From Paraspadella gotoi (lineage: Eukaryota; Animalia; Chaetognatha), in NCBI GenBank assembly GCA_051294375.1, contig CM119266.1, positions 5,693,053 to 5,757,052 on the forward strand: a DNA stretch of 64,000 nucleotides, in the 5' to 3' direction. This document shows positions 13,508 to 26,332 of this stretch, one piece after another. Within the stretch, counting starts at the first letter, position 1, and every line of letters begins with the position of its first letter. A model generated the notes under the pieces. The model had not been told where the DNA came from and made no database searches. It worked only from the letters and a program-made list of their open reading frames with translations. Position numbers and translations under genes: made by a program.

Positions 13508-14083
13508 CGGCGTGTTTCAACTCAAAGGCGAACGGAAATCTTGTCAAATTAAAGTCGGAAAATTTGATAAACTTACACAAAAACGTCAATTCAAGAGAGA
13601 AAGAATGAGAAAATCGAATTGAGAAGAAGTTTTCTTTTCTTTTTTTTTTCGTTTATGGTTAATTTCATTAAGTTCCCAACGGAAGAGGAGGATGGTGGAA
13701 CCAATAGTGGCTGAGGGGGTGGTTACGAGGGGGGTGTCGAGGTGGTTGGAAAGGGGTAAGAGAGGATTAAGGGAGAGACAAAGACCGCGGTTCCGAGCCA
13801 CCGATTCAGGAGAGCGAGAGAGTAGAGTCACCGCCACAGGAGAGAGAGAGAGAGAGAGAGAGAGGGTGACCCCATAATTGATTCATCGGCGGCGCTAATT
13901 GGCAACTGATCCGCGGTTAATCAACTTTCAACTTTGCCGAAGCCGAAAAGGGAAAATCCGTAACAAATAGGCAAAAATCTCGACCGACGACGACGACGCA
14001 AATAATCGGGAGAACCCCCCTGCAAAAAAAAAATACGGAGGGGAAAAGTGTCAGAAGTCCGTGTAAACAGGAGGGACGAGAGA

Positions 14084-14158
<75 letters not shown>

Positions 14159-16586
14159 AGATTTTGAGACAGATGTTTCCTTATTTGAATTGGACTATCG
14201 GGCTAAACAAAAACAGACCCAAAAAAAGTGAAAAGCCGGTCTCTGCCTATCCTTCTCCCCCCCCGCCCGGTGTCTTAGAAGACATAATAAATTAAAGGAA
14301 TCTTGGTAAGAAAAACAAGCGTCGCAATGGAAAGAGCAAGCAGAGCAAGCAGAGGACGGAAGGAAGGAAAGGGGCAACGAAACTCATTCATGCGTGTAAC
14401 CTTTTTTTCCTCGTGGAAGAAAACAAATTAGATTTGATAGGAAATAGGAAGAGGAGGAAGGGGAAGGGAGGGAGTAAGAGTCATTGAAAAAAAAAAACAG
14501 TATCGGCCCAAATAAGACTATGTTCATCTCAGCTTTTGCGAATAGGTATTTGGTCGCCTATACGAATAGATACAGATATAATGTATTAATTTATCATATC
14601 GAAGCTTATTTAATAAATCTGCGACCAAAGTTCCGTATTTTGCTAGCTGGATGTCTCAAAATTGCTAATTAACTTATACCACAGAATTAATTTGTTGAAT
14701 GTTGTACCAGTATTTTCTCTCCTAATTGAATATTCATCAATTAATGCAGTTAGCTAAATTATTCAAAATGAAAATTACAACAATTCTTAGTAAAACTTTA
14801 TTGCTACCTAAGCCTATGAAAATTGCACATCTATTGTAAATTTTTTATTATCACGAACGTTTTTTATTTGGAACAAATAATGTAAATAATTTCATTATAA
14901 TAATAAAATGTAGAAAGATTGAGACACTAAAGTCAAGAGCAACAGTGATAATTATTTTAAAATAGTCAAGCATGAGTTTCTATGACCAGAACTTTTTAAA
15001 ATTTATTATCACACAATCTAACTTGCCATAAGCTTATCCGGTATAATTTGCATTCCCAGAATTTTTTTTTTAAATTTTGCTCTAATTTTATTCCCTTTGT
15101 AATGTTAAATTATCATATTGTAATCTTAATATGTATAATTTTTCTGTAAGTATTATTAATATCATTACTGCTCATATTTAAATATTACCACTGTATCTTC
15201 TAAGATAAAAAACGAGGTAGTGAGAATGAGTTTAGAAAAATTGAAATGGGTCGATGCAAGAATATCTGATTTCGCCAGATTGCAAAGAATTCTGGCGACG
15301 AAGCATGTCTCCAAGTGTTCGTCCTGACGACCCAAGTCCACATACACGGGCGACCAAAAAAAGGTCATAATGGCAGCATGAAATTGGCATTAAACAAGAG
15401 CAAACAGGCGTGAAAAAAGCGTGAGAAAAAGGTTAATTACTTTCATCATGAAACAGACTAAAACTGGTCCTAAAATAGCTATGATTTTAATTTTAAAATA
15501 ACTCAAGATTAAAAAAAAAAACATTTTAAAAAGCATCTGAAGCATAAAAATTATATTTTCAGAAATATAAGGCAATAGTCATGCATAGTTTGCATACTAA
15601 AGAGTAATCACATGAGCTTATGAGGAAAATTAACTATTATAAAACAACATTTAAGCTTAGCTAGATATTCACAAACGAGGCTTTTGAATTTTTTATAACC
15701 AAATGGTGAAACAAATGAAAAAGGGGAAATGTTTTGGGTCAGTTTCTTATACACTTGGGTGAACTTGTGAAAGGTTTTAAAATTTAATGTCTCGGAGCCA
15801 AAACATTTCCCAAATAAAGCAGGTTGGTTTTGAATAAAACAATCACAATTTAACTAAGGAAAAAAAAATATAGGTGCGATTAAAACAAAAGCACAGCGAT
15901 TTTGACAGATGGGAGGCAATGGTGTCACGAAATGAACAAGTGTGCTTAGGCCAACGAATCACCTGGGGGTAAGGCAAGGTCTAGTGATGGAAGCTGAGAG
16001 TCCTGCCTATCAAGCAGGGCTTGACGCTTTCCTGATCAGTACCAGCGAGAAATAGAGAACAGTGAAAAAAACAGTACGGAAATGAAAGAAAGAAAACATA
16101 TGGGTAATCTGGCACGGGAGTGCAACTGACTAGAAAGAGTTAAGTAATAAAAGTATTATAAGTAGGTCTTGAATTTTAAACTGTGCCCCCATTCACCGTC
16201 TGGATTATGTATGTATTCTGGAAAAAAAATTCATACGACCGTGATTAAACCTCAATCACGAACCCTGAAATTTATGAAAAGTTTTTATAAGAGACTTTTA
16301 TGAAAATTAAAAGTAATGACTTACCAGAAGGATTCTTTTAGTTAGGAAAATAAATCAAATTATCCCTTTTGAGAGGATTAATCGTTTTACATGGATTGCA
16401 GCATTGCACTAATGCTGATAAACAGTATTACAAACTGAAACCCGACCACTCAGACCACTAATTATTAAATTAGTGTCAACAGTTTAAACTACCTTCCAAC
16501 GTCCACTAGACAAACTGTTTTCTAAAATTTCCCCAGCACAAAAAAAAAAGAGATTTTCCCGCCAAGAGATTCTCTCTCTCTTTCCC

Positions 16587-16945
16587 TCACACATAAGTGA
16601 CCTGCGTGGTTTTCGAGGTTTTCTCCCCCTCCCCCGCCGAGGGGGACCCGAAGGAAAAGGGGGAGGAGATTGTTTGTTTGCCCAGGGGCGGGGCGTTGGG
16701 GGAGAGGGGGCTGCGGGAGGGCGGGGCGTTTGGGGAATGGGGTCCGCGGGAGGGCTGCAAGGGCAGGAGGAACCCCGCAGGCACGGGAAGCTGACCCGCA
16801 ATAACGGAATTCTTACGTTGGGCGAAGCCTTGCGCCGCCGCGGACAAGAGGTTCGAGTTTTGGCCGTTGAAGAGAATCTGCACGGTGTTCTTAACGTACT
16901 GCTTGGGACGTTTGCCACTGTGGTCACGGATGTTGGGGTTGGCGC
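16587..16945 (-). CDS. SOWAH: SOWAH-family ankyrin-repeat protein, terminal coding exon (G)ANPNIRDHSGKRPKQYVKNTVQILFNGQ...SKTTQVTYV*
   Basis: Acceptor ccgtttccccAG at 16946-16947. The phase-1 start (G+GC) continues 'EEAY' from the previous exon. RDHSGKRPKQY matches the SOWAH C-terminal ankyrin motif RDYSGKKxxQY as I recall it. The frame stays open to TGA at 16587-16589 through a Pro/Ser-rich tail. Confidence 0.85.
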
Positions 16946-18152
16946 CTGGGGAAACGGGGGGGGGGTTGGGGAAATGGGTGTGAAAAATTTAAAAGGATTG
17001 AGGATATTACTTAATATATGTGGTTTTAGGTATTAAATAATTATAAGTTATAAGCAGAAAAGAAGAGGTTTCTGTCTTGAAAAACATGAATAAAGTCAGT
17101 TTTTACATATTTAAGAAGTCTTTTAGGTTAAGGTTGCATCCATTATCATCGTGGTTGTTAAACCTGAAAAGCTTTTAAGGAATTTTTTCTCTTGTCAAAG
17201 CTTTGAATGCAACAAAAATCAAAGCATCCGAATCACAGGCGATTGTAACAGTAAAAACCCTTTTCGTAACATAACCGCCTCTGACTGCATCATCGATTTC
17301 CGATTTCAGTTCTAACAGAAAAAAACGAAAACAAAATTGAAGTTAGCGAGAAGCTCAAAATATTCGGTTTCCTCAACGCCCAGTCACCTCTTTATCTTTC
17401 AGCCACCCCAAGATCATATTATCTCGCTATCCCTTCCTCTCTTTTGACTCATCTCATTTCAAAAACATCGCAATCACATCACCCCTTAACCTCGGCACCT
17501 CCACCGGCCAACTTAATTCACCAATAACTCGCCCATTTCACTTTCCCCCTCAACCCCCTCTTCCTCCCTCTCTCCATCTCAAAAGTCCATGAAGTCAGAA
17601 AAAGAAAAAGCGAATCTGGGCGAGTCATTCTACATCCTGTCTGACATCAGGAACAACAGATCGCAAGATCAAAGGCGTCCAATGCCGACGACGTCGCTTT
17701 TCGAAAAAGCCTAAACCGATGGAAATGAAAATTGACGCGCGGGTTGAAGGCTGACACGGACGCAAATGAAAATTGACACGTTGGGGAGGGGGGGTAGGGG
17801 TTAGGTTGGAGTGTTAGGGTGGAGGGAACGCCAAAATCCGCAAATCCTCTCTCTTTGCTGATCGACTAATTTTTTTTTAATGTAAAAATAGAAAAAAGAT
17901 CAATGGGTAATATTCGTCGCCGTTGTTTACATTGTAAACCGTATAACGACTAATTGCCTCAACGTTTAAAAAAAATATGTTCAAATTGTAAAGAGGCCGA
18001 TTAAATAGCAAACACACACTCTCNNNNNNNNNNTCTTTTTCGCTTTCTCTGTGAGACTGGAGCCTCTCTCCCCGCCATTTGGCGTCTGGTCGTTGAGTCA
18101 AGTATCTGGGTGCTTGAAAAACTAAGGTTTCAACCTAAGCGATCATTTCGGA

Positions 18153-18184
<32 letters not shown>

Positions 18185-18475
18185 CGATTCATCAAGAGAA
18201 CTGCCACAAGAGGAGCCTTTGAAGGGGAGCCGAAAGCGAAGGCCAGGCTAGGAGAGGGGGATCCGATGTCGCAAAATGGATTTTTCAAGGATTTGGATAA
18301 AGATTCAGAGTTAAACCATTTCTGAATAAAACATTGGATTTATAAACGGCATTGAGAGCAGAGTAGATATACGCATTAATCTCATACTTAATCTAATTCA
18401 TTTTTCATCCCTATCCTAATAGCTCAATCTAAAATATTATCAAGCGAAGAGTACGCTCATTAAAATCTGACTCAC

Positions 18476-18548
18476 CATAGGCCTCTTCAAGAATGTTCAT
18501 GATTTCATGATGTCCGTGCATCGCGGCCAGGTGCAAAGCTGTGTAACC
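18476..18548 (-). CDS. SOWAH: SOWAH ankyrin exon GYTALHLAAMHGHHEIMNILEEAY(G), 73 nt, phase 0-1
   Basis: Polypyrimidine tract plus cttcAG acceptor and G|GTGAGT donor. GYTALHLAAMHGH is essentially the motif I recall from vertebrate SOWAHC. Confidence 0.93.
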
Positions 18549-19995
18549 CTGAAGGAGGAAAAAAGAACAAAATGAAAAAGAAGCGAAATTTGAGCGATAT
18601 GAAATTAATACAGTAGCATCCGTCAAGAACTTCTGAGACGGCAAGCTCTGTAACTCGAATACAAATGATAATTTGAAAGCGAGTTTTTGTCTTGTGAAGC
18701 CTTCGTTAAGCCATTGCTCTCAGACCACTTTCGGGACATAGAACTTTTTGTAAAAAGTTTATTCAGCCACATTTGAACCTGAAACCTTTTCTTAACGTTG
18801 AAGTCCGGCACGTTAAGAGCTCGGCCAAATGATTTTCAGAAAAATTTCGTTCAAATTAAATTAGGATCTTACGACCAATAAAAATGCTAGTATTGTGAAA
18901 ATTTTAAGACAATGATTTAAGAAAAAGACGTAAATAACTACTTTTATAGCAATTGAGTTTGTAATAAGCTATGATAGATTATTAGATATTTACATTAGTC
19001 CCCCTCCACGCGACATATATTATCCGTGGGTCTCTACAAAGACGCCCGTGTTAACCAATCGGGGAGGAGAGAATAATACATCAACGAGATGAGAGAATTC
19101 ATGCTGCTGCGCAATTGGAAAAGAAGATAGAAGAGAGATGGGCCGCGGCGTCGACGCGTCAGCCTACGGCAGCGGCGGCGGGGCGGGTCCATTTTCCATT
19201 CTAACATTATTTCCAGTGGCTGACACATGTCGCGATATGATATTCACAGCGCGGACATAGATCACGAGATTACGATGGTACGATTGAAATCGACCGGAAG
19301 GGGGCGTGGCGTCGATGAGTTCTATTTTTAGCTCACGTCTTTCTCTGTCTCGCCCGTCGTTGTAACGACAGAGAATGTAAAAGAGCGAAAGAAATCTGAA
19401 CGAGAAAAACCTTGAGCCTTCGACGTCGTTATTTTCTAACTAGAACTTTCGCTTTCTCACCCGTTTTTCGCGACCTTCGGGCCAAGCGCGAACAGAGAGA
19501 AAGAGAGAGATGGAGAGAGAGAGGAAATGCATTCATCTCTCATCTTCATGTAGAAAATGGTAATAGAGAAAACGAGGGTGGGATGATGTGCGCCGCGACG
19601 GAGAGAGAGCGAGAGAGACATGAAAATGGGGAAGAGGATAACCTGTTTAAAAATGTATGAAGAGAGGTAACAAGGTTTCAAGTAGTTGTCTAACAAGGAA
19701 GGCGTTTTCTTGGATGAAAGCACCGGGTCTGCCTCCAAATTAGGAAATTTAAAAGATGCCGGTCACCGAGAAGAGTGTGTAGCTATGTACAACGAAACTC
19801 CCAGCGACGGAGAAAAAAGGTTAGATAATAATAAGAATTAAAAATATATAAATAAGAATATGAATAATAGAAAAAATAAATCATTAAATCTCCTACTAAT
19901 GTAAATAAATGAAATCTTATTTCATCTAACAATATTTCAAAAGACATAGAGACCGATCATTGCAGAAAATGAGACATTTTTAATTGTAGCCCCCT

Positions 19996-20028
<33 letters not shown>

Positions 20029-21895
20029 NNNNNNNNNNGAGACATAAAAAAAAGCGAGTTCGAAACGTCGCCAAAAAACTCCATTAGGACGACGTCATCT
20101 GCATTGCGATTTTCCTTCTCCAAAAAAACCATTTATTCAAAATTCAAAAAAGTATCTCGCTCTCGCTTTCTCTCTCTTCTCCGAAGCGAAGGAATCCTCT
20201 TTAAAATTACCGACGCTCATAAAACGGGAGAGAGAGAAAATGGAAACGGCGCGTTGAGAATTTAAACGACCGAATTCGATGAGAATGGAGTTTCAATGTA
20301 CTTTTAACGACGGGACTGTATTTTAAGATTGTGAGCTTAATTGATTAATTAAATGCAGGATTTAAAGTTACAGCTTGCAGTGTCTTGTATGAGTGATGAA
20401 GGCCTTAACCCATCATAGCCTGTCCTAAGTAAGGGTCGAGATAGCTTAATTTTTAAATGAATAATTAATATAATTAATAATTAAAATAATTAATTTTAAA
20501 GATATAATAATATAGACACACCCCGCTATACCTTCGGCCCCCTCCGCCATTAATATTTTATTCCAATACAACTTGATGTATTCGCTTTCCGGTTTCATAC
20601 ATCGAATCGCGAGGAAATGTCGGCAATTGTAAAGGGGTCGCCTTACATTCTTGATGAAGAACGATTTCTTTTTTTAGAAAGCCGATAGTGAATTTGGCTG
20701 GGGGGGGCGGCTAAGGGGGTGGTTATGTCGAGGGCGAAACTTTCTCACAACTTTACCCACCGACGGTGAATGAGGAATTCGATTGTGAAAAAAAGAAATC
20801 GAGAAAAATGTCTTGAATTATTAAGGCGATGGGGGGAGAGAGAGAGAGAATATGAGATGGAATGAAAATGGAATCGGAGAATGGAATGGAGGTTATTAAT
20901 GTCCTGCCCAAATACACGAGTTCTTTTTTATGGTACAACGAAAAAAAAGATTTTGGTGACGAATAAAAAAAAATCTTTTGTAGATGAAGTTGATAGGAAC
21001 TCGAGTGAGAAGGTGAAAGAATTGAAATCTACACATGTCAAAGAATTTAAAAAAATATTATAAAATTTAAAAGAAAATGAGAGATGATGTAAAACATGTA
21101 TGAGAGAAGAATATTTAACTTGCAAAATAAGGAAAATTTAACCAGAAGAAGAAAGTTAAAAAATGACAAGCCTGTGAACATACAAAAATAAAAAAAATAA
21201 AGAAAAAGACCAGAAAGACACACTCACACACATACACTCAGACTCTCTCTCTCTCTCTCTCTTTCTCTCACGTCGGGACAAGAGAGAATTCGATCTCAAA
21301 CATGAATAATAAAAGAGAAATCTAATTGCGATTCGGGTTATGACGAGAGAGAGAAAAAGAAAAAGAAAAAGGAGAAAGAGATGAGAAAAGAGGAGAGTCA
21401 GGAATGCCGTCGTCATCGTGATGGTGGTATTGGTTGATGGTGGCGGGTATAGTGGTAGGTGAGGGGTGAAAAAGAAACCTCTCTCACGAGAGAGAAAGGC
21501 GAGTCTCACGCACAAAGGGCGACGTCAAAAGTGGAATTTCGTCGCGTAGATGAATTATGTGAGGACAGGACCCTTGGCTTCGCCTCGGGGTCCTTTTTGC
21601 CCCCTTCCACGGCCCCGTATTTCCCGCGGGGCGGCGACGCCTTCCCGCGGGGATTCCCTTTTAGAGACCAACGGCGAGAGACTCTGGCAAAAAACTCGTA
21701 CATATGTCGAGGCGTTGGGAATGATTTTAAAACACGTGAACGTGGGAGTCTTAGATTCGTGCGCGTGCGATAATTGGACATGCTTAAATGATTATATAAA
21801 GATTGTAATAATAGAACTAAAACTATTTCTACTCCACCAGGATGGTGTTTATATAAATGATACAAGTTAAGCGAAAATTTAAAAAAGTAACTTAC

Positions 21896-21901
21896 CCCAT
21901 T
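21896..21901 (-). CDS. SOWAH: 6-nt microexon AATGGG (Asn-Gly) of the SOWAH gene
   Basis: Minus strand reads ctaat...ttttctttttcccctttcccccttcttttgctcatcCAG|AATGGG|GTAAGT. Inclusion gives exactly 33-aa ankyrin spacing between SALH and TALH (31 without it). Also present in the second copy at 49119-49124. Confidence 0.88.
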
Positions 21902-23240
21902 CTGGATGAGCAAAAGAAGGGGGAAAGGGGAAAAAGAAAATTTTATTAGTTGACGCTAAACATAATATCATATTTTCAGGAACAAAAACCATTTTAGTAA
22001 TTTTTAAGATTATATATCATTTGGCAAAATTCTATTTTTAATCAGTGAAGAAATGACGCTCGTGAAATACCTAATATAATGACATTATATACAAATTTTA
22101 CAAAGGGTTGTTCCGATTCAGATTAAGTTTTACAAGTTTATTTTATTCTTCTTTTTTTTGGACATTGCTCTTCCATCTCCCTTCAAAATAAGATTTCCAA
22201 GACCAACGGAAACCCAAGGTTCCGAAAGCAAAAAATCCGCGCGGGAACCAGAAAACCCAATAACTCGCCAAATTCGGCTAAAACAAACAAATACACGAAA
22301 AATATGGAGGAAAGATAAATCTGTAAAAAGAAATGGAAGAGAAAAAAGGAAAATAAAAAACAAAGCTCGTGTATATGGAGAGAGAAAGAAGCAAAGACGA
22401 AAAAAAAGAAGCTATTCCCTTATTCCCAATTCAATCTCTTTCTACGACCGTCGACACTTTAGATGGCGTTGGTCGTTGTTCCATTACGCGGCCAGCGACG
22501 ACGACGACGACGACGGGCTATATGGGAGGGGGACGCGTGTTCTAGATTGTACCGCCGGTGATAGAATTAGAAATCAACTTGTTTCAACGCGGAGCGGAAG
22601 AGGAGGGGGGAGGAGGAGTGACGCGCGTGCGTGGCACGGGAGGAGGAAGAGGAGGGACGACGGGAGGCAGCTCTCTCTTTCTCCCGTGCAGCGAGGAGGA
22701 GAAAAGAGAGAAAAAAAAACCCCAACGCGGACTGAGAGAGAGAGAGAGAGAGAGAGACGCCATCTTCTGCTGCACTTTTTTTCTCTCTGTGCCGCAAGCC
22801 CAACAACAGCGCTGCTGCCTTTCTTTCTTTTTCTCTCTATCTCTCTCTCTCTCTCTCTCTCCCCACAACGCGCTTGCTCGCACCGACTAGTGTTCCAACA
22901 ATTATTTCCTGTGTCAACAATGCACAACAGCAACAATGATGGCTTGCCGCGCTCCAGATGACGTCCTTTCTCTATGGCCGGGGGGAGAGGGGGGGGCGAG
23001 CGAGAACGCGGCGTCCGCCCAGGGGAAGAGAGAGATGGGGGAGGCGGGATTGGCGCGACGGTCGCCGAGGGGCGCCGACGCCCGCAGACTCATTTCCGGC
23101 GACGATCATGCCGAGAATACTAGTGGGGGCGGCGGCGGCGGCGTGGGTAGCGGCGTCGGCGGCGTTCGGGAAAATGATGGAATCGTATACTCGGCGCGAT
23201 GAAGGCCGATTGAGGTCAACGCGTTCTCTTCCGGGGGGGG

Positions 23241-23272
<32 letters not shown>

Positions 23273-25646
23273 CGGGAAACGTGTGTCCTGAGATGAGAGA
23301 CGAATCGAATTCTATTCTTTGTGCGCATTTCCTCTTCTGAGGAGAAATAACCGACTATTTTATAGTGGGTAGAAAAGATCGAGGCGGAATAAGATAAACA
23401 TCTGAGATGAGTTTGTATGACAATAACACATTCACAACGATTTATTGTTAATCACTGGTCTGTAAAGAATAACGATTACCGATTCATATTAATTAATATT
23501 TAAAAGAAAAGTTTACTTCAATTGAAGATGCATTAAATTTTTCGTCACAAGGTATTTTTGAGTAATCACGTGATAGCAAATTTTACAGTGCGTAAATATC
23601 AACTAAATAATGAATATGTAAAATATAAATGGGATAAACATACCGACTAAAATTGACTCACAAAGTGGCTTCGCTAGTAACAGCGGCGCTACTAACAAGT
23701 ATAATACTGTATTTCATATCCTGTCCTCGATTCAATATCAAGTCTAAAGAAAAGACTGAAAATCCAGAATTTCCGAGAGATTTCCCAGAAATTACAACCC
23801 CCCCTCCCACGATGCTCTAGACGGGAAACGGGGATAGAAATGGAACAAACAAGTCCTCACCCCCGATCCTCTCACATCAACCCCCCCCATCATCTCTCTC
23901 TTTCTGTCCAGAAGGAAATGATGCGATGAATAAATGAGAATGTTGCACTCCGGTTAAAAGGGAGGCTGCATAATTGATGAATCCTCGACAACCGCGTCGG
24001 TGATGTGTGGCTGTCATAAGCACTCTCGACGGCGGAGTCGGAGATGAGGAGGAAGGGGGGCGGTGATTCCCCCCCCTCATCAACCCACGGTAGATTAATG
24101 AAGAAGGGTTACGCGGTCGATCGGCGGAGGTTTTAATTAAGTTTTTTTGATGTTGTTTAGGAGAGAACAATACAATTTTCTATACCTTATGATTACATAT
24201 GTCTAAAATAAATTTGAGTAGTTANNNNNNNNNNAAGGATCGTCATTCAAAGATTTTTTTGAAACGGGCAAGCGACCAAGAACTAGTGTCAGCTAATGCG
24301 GACAATAAGAAAACTGCATGACGCAATATTAAATATTTTTTTAATATTATAGTAAATTCTAGTAAATAGTTCAAATATATATACTTTAAAACCAAACAAC
24401 TTTTCGCAATGAACAAAAGCGCTCGTTTTTTCCCCTCGTCCAAGAATAGACAAGTTGTAATATTTCATTGTCAGAAATCCAAACTCAGAGGGTAAAATAA
24501 CTTTACAGGGCCGAGTTGTGTAACCGGAACCCAGAATTGTAAAATATAATTATAAAGAATAATATTTCACGAGATAAATAATTCTATTAATATAATTAAC
24601 ATTTATAAAATATTTTAGTATTACAAACCATTTGCAAGAATTAAACCTACATTAAGAAGAGAGAAAAACAGAGAGAAAGAGAGAAACAGTGTTTGTGTGT
24701 GTGAGAGAGAGAGAGAGAGAGAAAGGAGAGAGGGTCGGGTGGAGTTTGGGTAGGCGAGATTTGAGTTGGACTTAATTCTATTAGGATCCGATACGAGGCT
24801 CCATTCCGAGAGGATCAATGGCAAAGGAGCCGCCGTTTTGCGGACGCCGTCAAACGTGGAGAAGATTGAATGGGGAATGCGTGGGAAGGTGGCGGGGAGT
24901 CAGTGGGGGGAAGGGGGAAGACAGTTGAGGGAAGGGGATGGAGGAAAGAGAGAAAAAGATTACTACATCCCTTTCCTTCAACTCCTTAAGTAAAGTGATG
25001 GGAGAAAAAGTATAAATAAGAGGGAGAATGGAAGAGATGGAGAAAAAGTAAAATAATGATATATAAAGAATAGCAGGTTGTGGGGAGCGACGGGCGAGGG
25101 GATTTAATGGCGAAGAAAAGAAAAGAAAACTTGAGTCGGAATAAATCTTAGTTAAGATTGAAAAAATCCCAAACACATTTCAACCCGAATCGTGAGGAAA
25201 TGTCGAAATTTAACCGAGGACTTTGTGTCTCATTTTCCATATTTGTTTTATACATTCATGAATCAAAGAGAGACGAGCGACATTTAAGGCTGTACATTAA
25301 TATTTTAGATATAAAACTTATTGGTATTTTAAAAATAAACGCCAAATGGAGTTGTATATATAATTTTTAGAGTTGTATTAGTAGTTGTAAAATTGTATTG
25401 AAAAATCTAAAATGCACTACCAAACTACAAATAAGTAAAAATATTTTTATCGGTACAGTATTTGCTTCTGGCAAAATAAAGAACTTTTAAAATATGTGAG
25501 GGGAAGATGGAAAGATTGATATTCCCTTTCTATCTCTCTCTCTCTCTTTCTCTCCTTCCCCCCTATCTCTCTAGAGATCTGCTTTCTCCGAGAACTCTCG
25601 TCGCCCTCGGGCCTCCGTGCGTGAAAACGTCAAAAGTGATTTTTGT

Positions 25647-25705
<59 letters not shown>

Positions 25706-26245
25706 GATTGGCCCCGCTTCGCCGTTCAGCCTCCGCTATTCTTTTCAATCTTCGTCTTTTCCGATTTATGCCTGCGAGGGAGGGGCGTAACCGAGGGTTA
25801 CGAGCTTTTGGGTAAAGCGAAACTTGACTTTGATGGTGTGCTTGTGTGTGTGTCTTGGCCCTCTCTCTCTCTCTCTTACTCTCTCTCTCTAAGGTATTTC
25901 ACGCGTATCTTCCTTCACGACATTCGGGTGAAGAGACTCGCCCATTTGACGTTCACGTCTCGTTAGGGATTGAATATTTTTTCTTCCTTCACGGGTGATG
26001 GCATGTTTATTAGAATTTTTTGTTTCAATATTCAACTTGAATTTTAGTACGCCATTATTGTTGCGAATGTTGTACACAAAGTAGAATTTACTAGGTCATT
26101 TCAGAAAACAAAACCCCCCTTATCACCACCCCCGTGAGAGGGTGTTCTATCACAGTAACACGCCCAAAATTAATACGATGTCAATTCTCACAGTAATAAT
26201 ATCAAAACAGTCGAGTACAGTTTATCTCTACAGGGTGATACTCAC

Positions 26246-26332
26246 CGACTTGGCGTTGACGTCGACTCCGCAGCCAGCGACGAGTTTGACGACTTCGACC
26301 TCACCCGCCTTCGCTGCCCAGTGAAGCGCGGA
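26246..26332 (-). CDS. SOWAH: SOWAH ankyrin exon SALHWAAKAGEVEVVKLVAGCGVDVNAKS, 87 nt, phase 0-0
   Basis: Pyrimidine-rich ccttCAG acceptor and TCG|GTGAGT donor. It is a canonical ankyrin repeat with the SOWAH-typical LHWAAK motif. Confidence 0.93.

Noticed and set aside
15279-15968. Possible plus-strand exons at 15279-15363 and 15909-15968
   Set aside because: The first donor is weak, the phases do not chain convincingly, and I recognised no homology.
17200-17712. Possible extra minus-strand exons (ELKSEIDDAVRG...; GFFEKRRRRHW...*) inside the last SOWAH intron
   Set aside because: Only acceptor-like sites with no strong donors, and they would interrupt the ankyrin repeat. Alternative terminal exons cannot be excluded.
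22158-22961. Longest ORF in the track (267 aa) and overlapping ORFs
   Set aside because: Low-complexity K/R, RERE and LSLS translation of microsatellites, with a non-ATG start and no domain.
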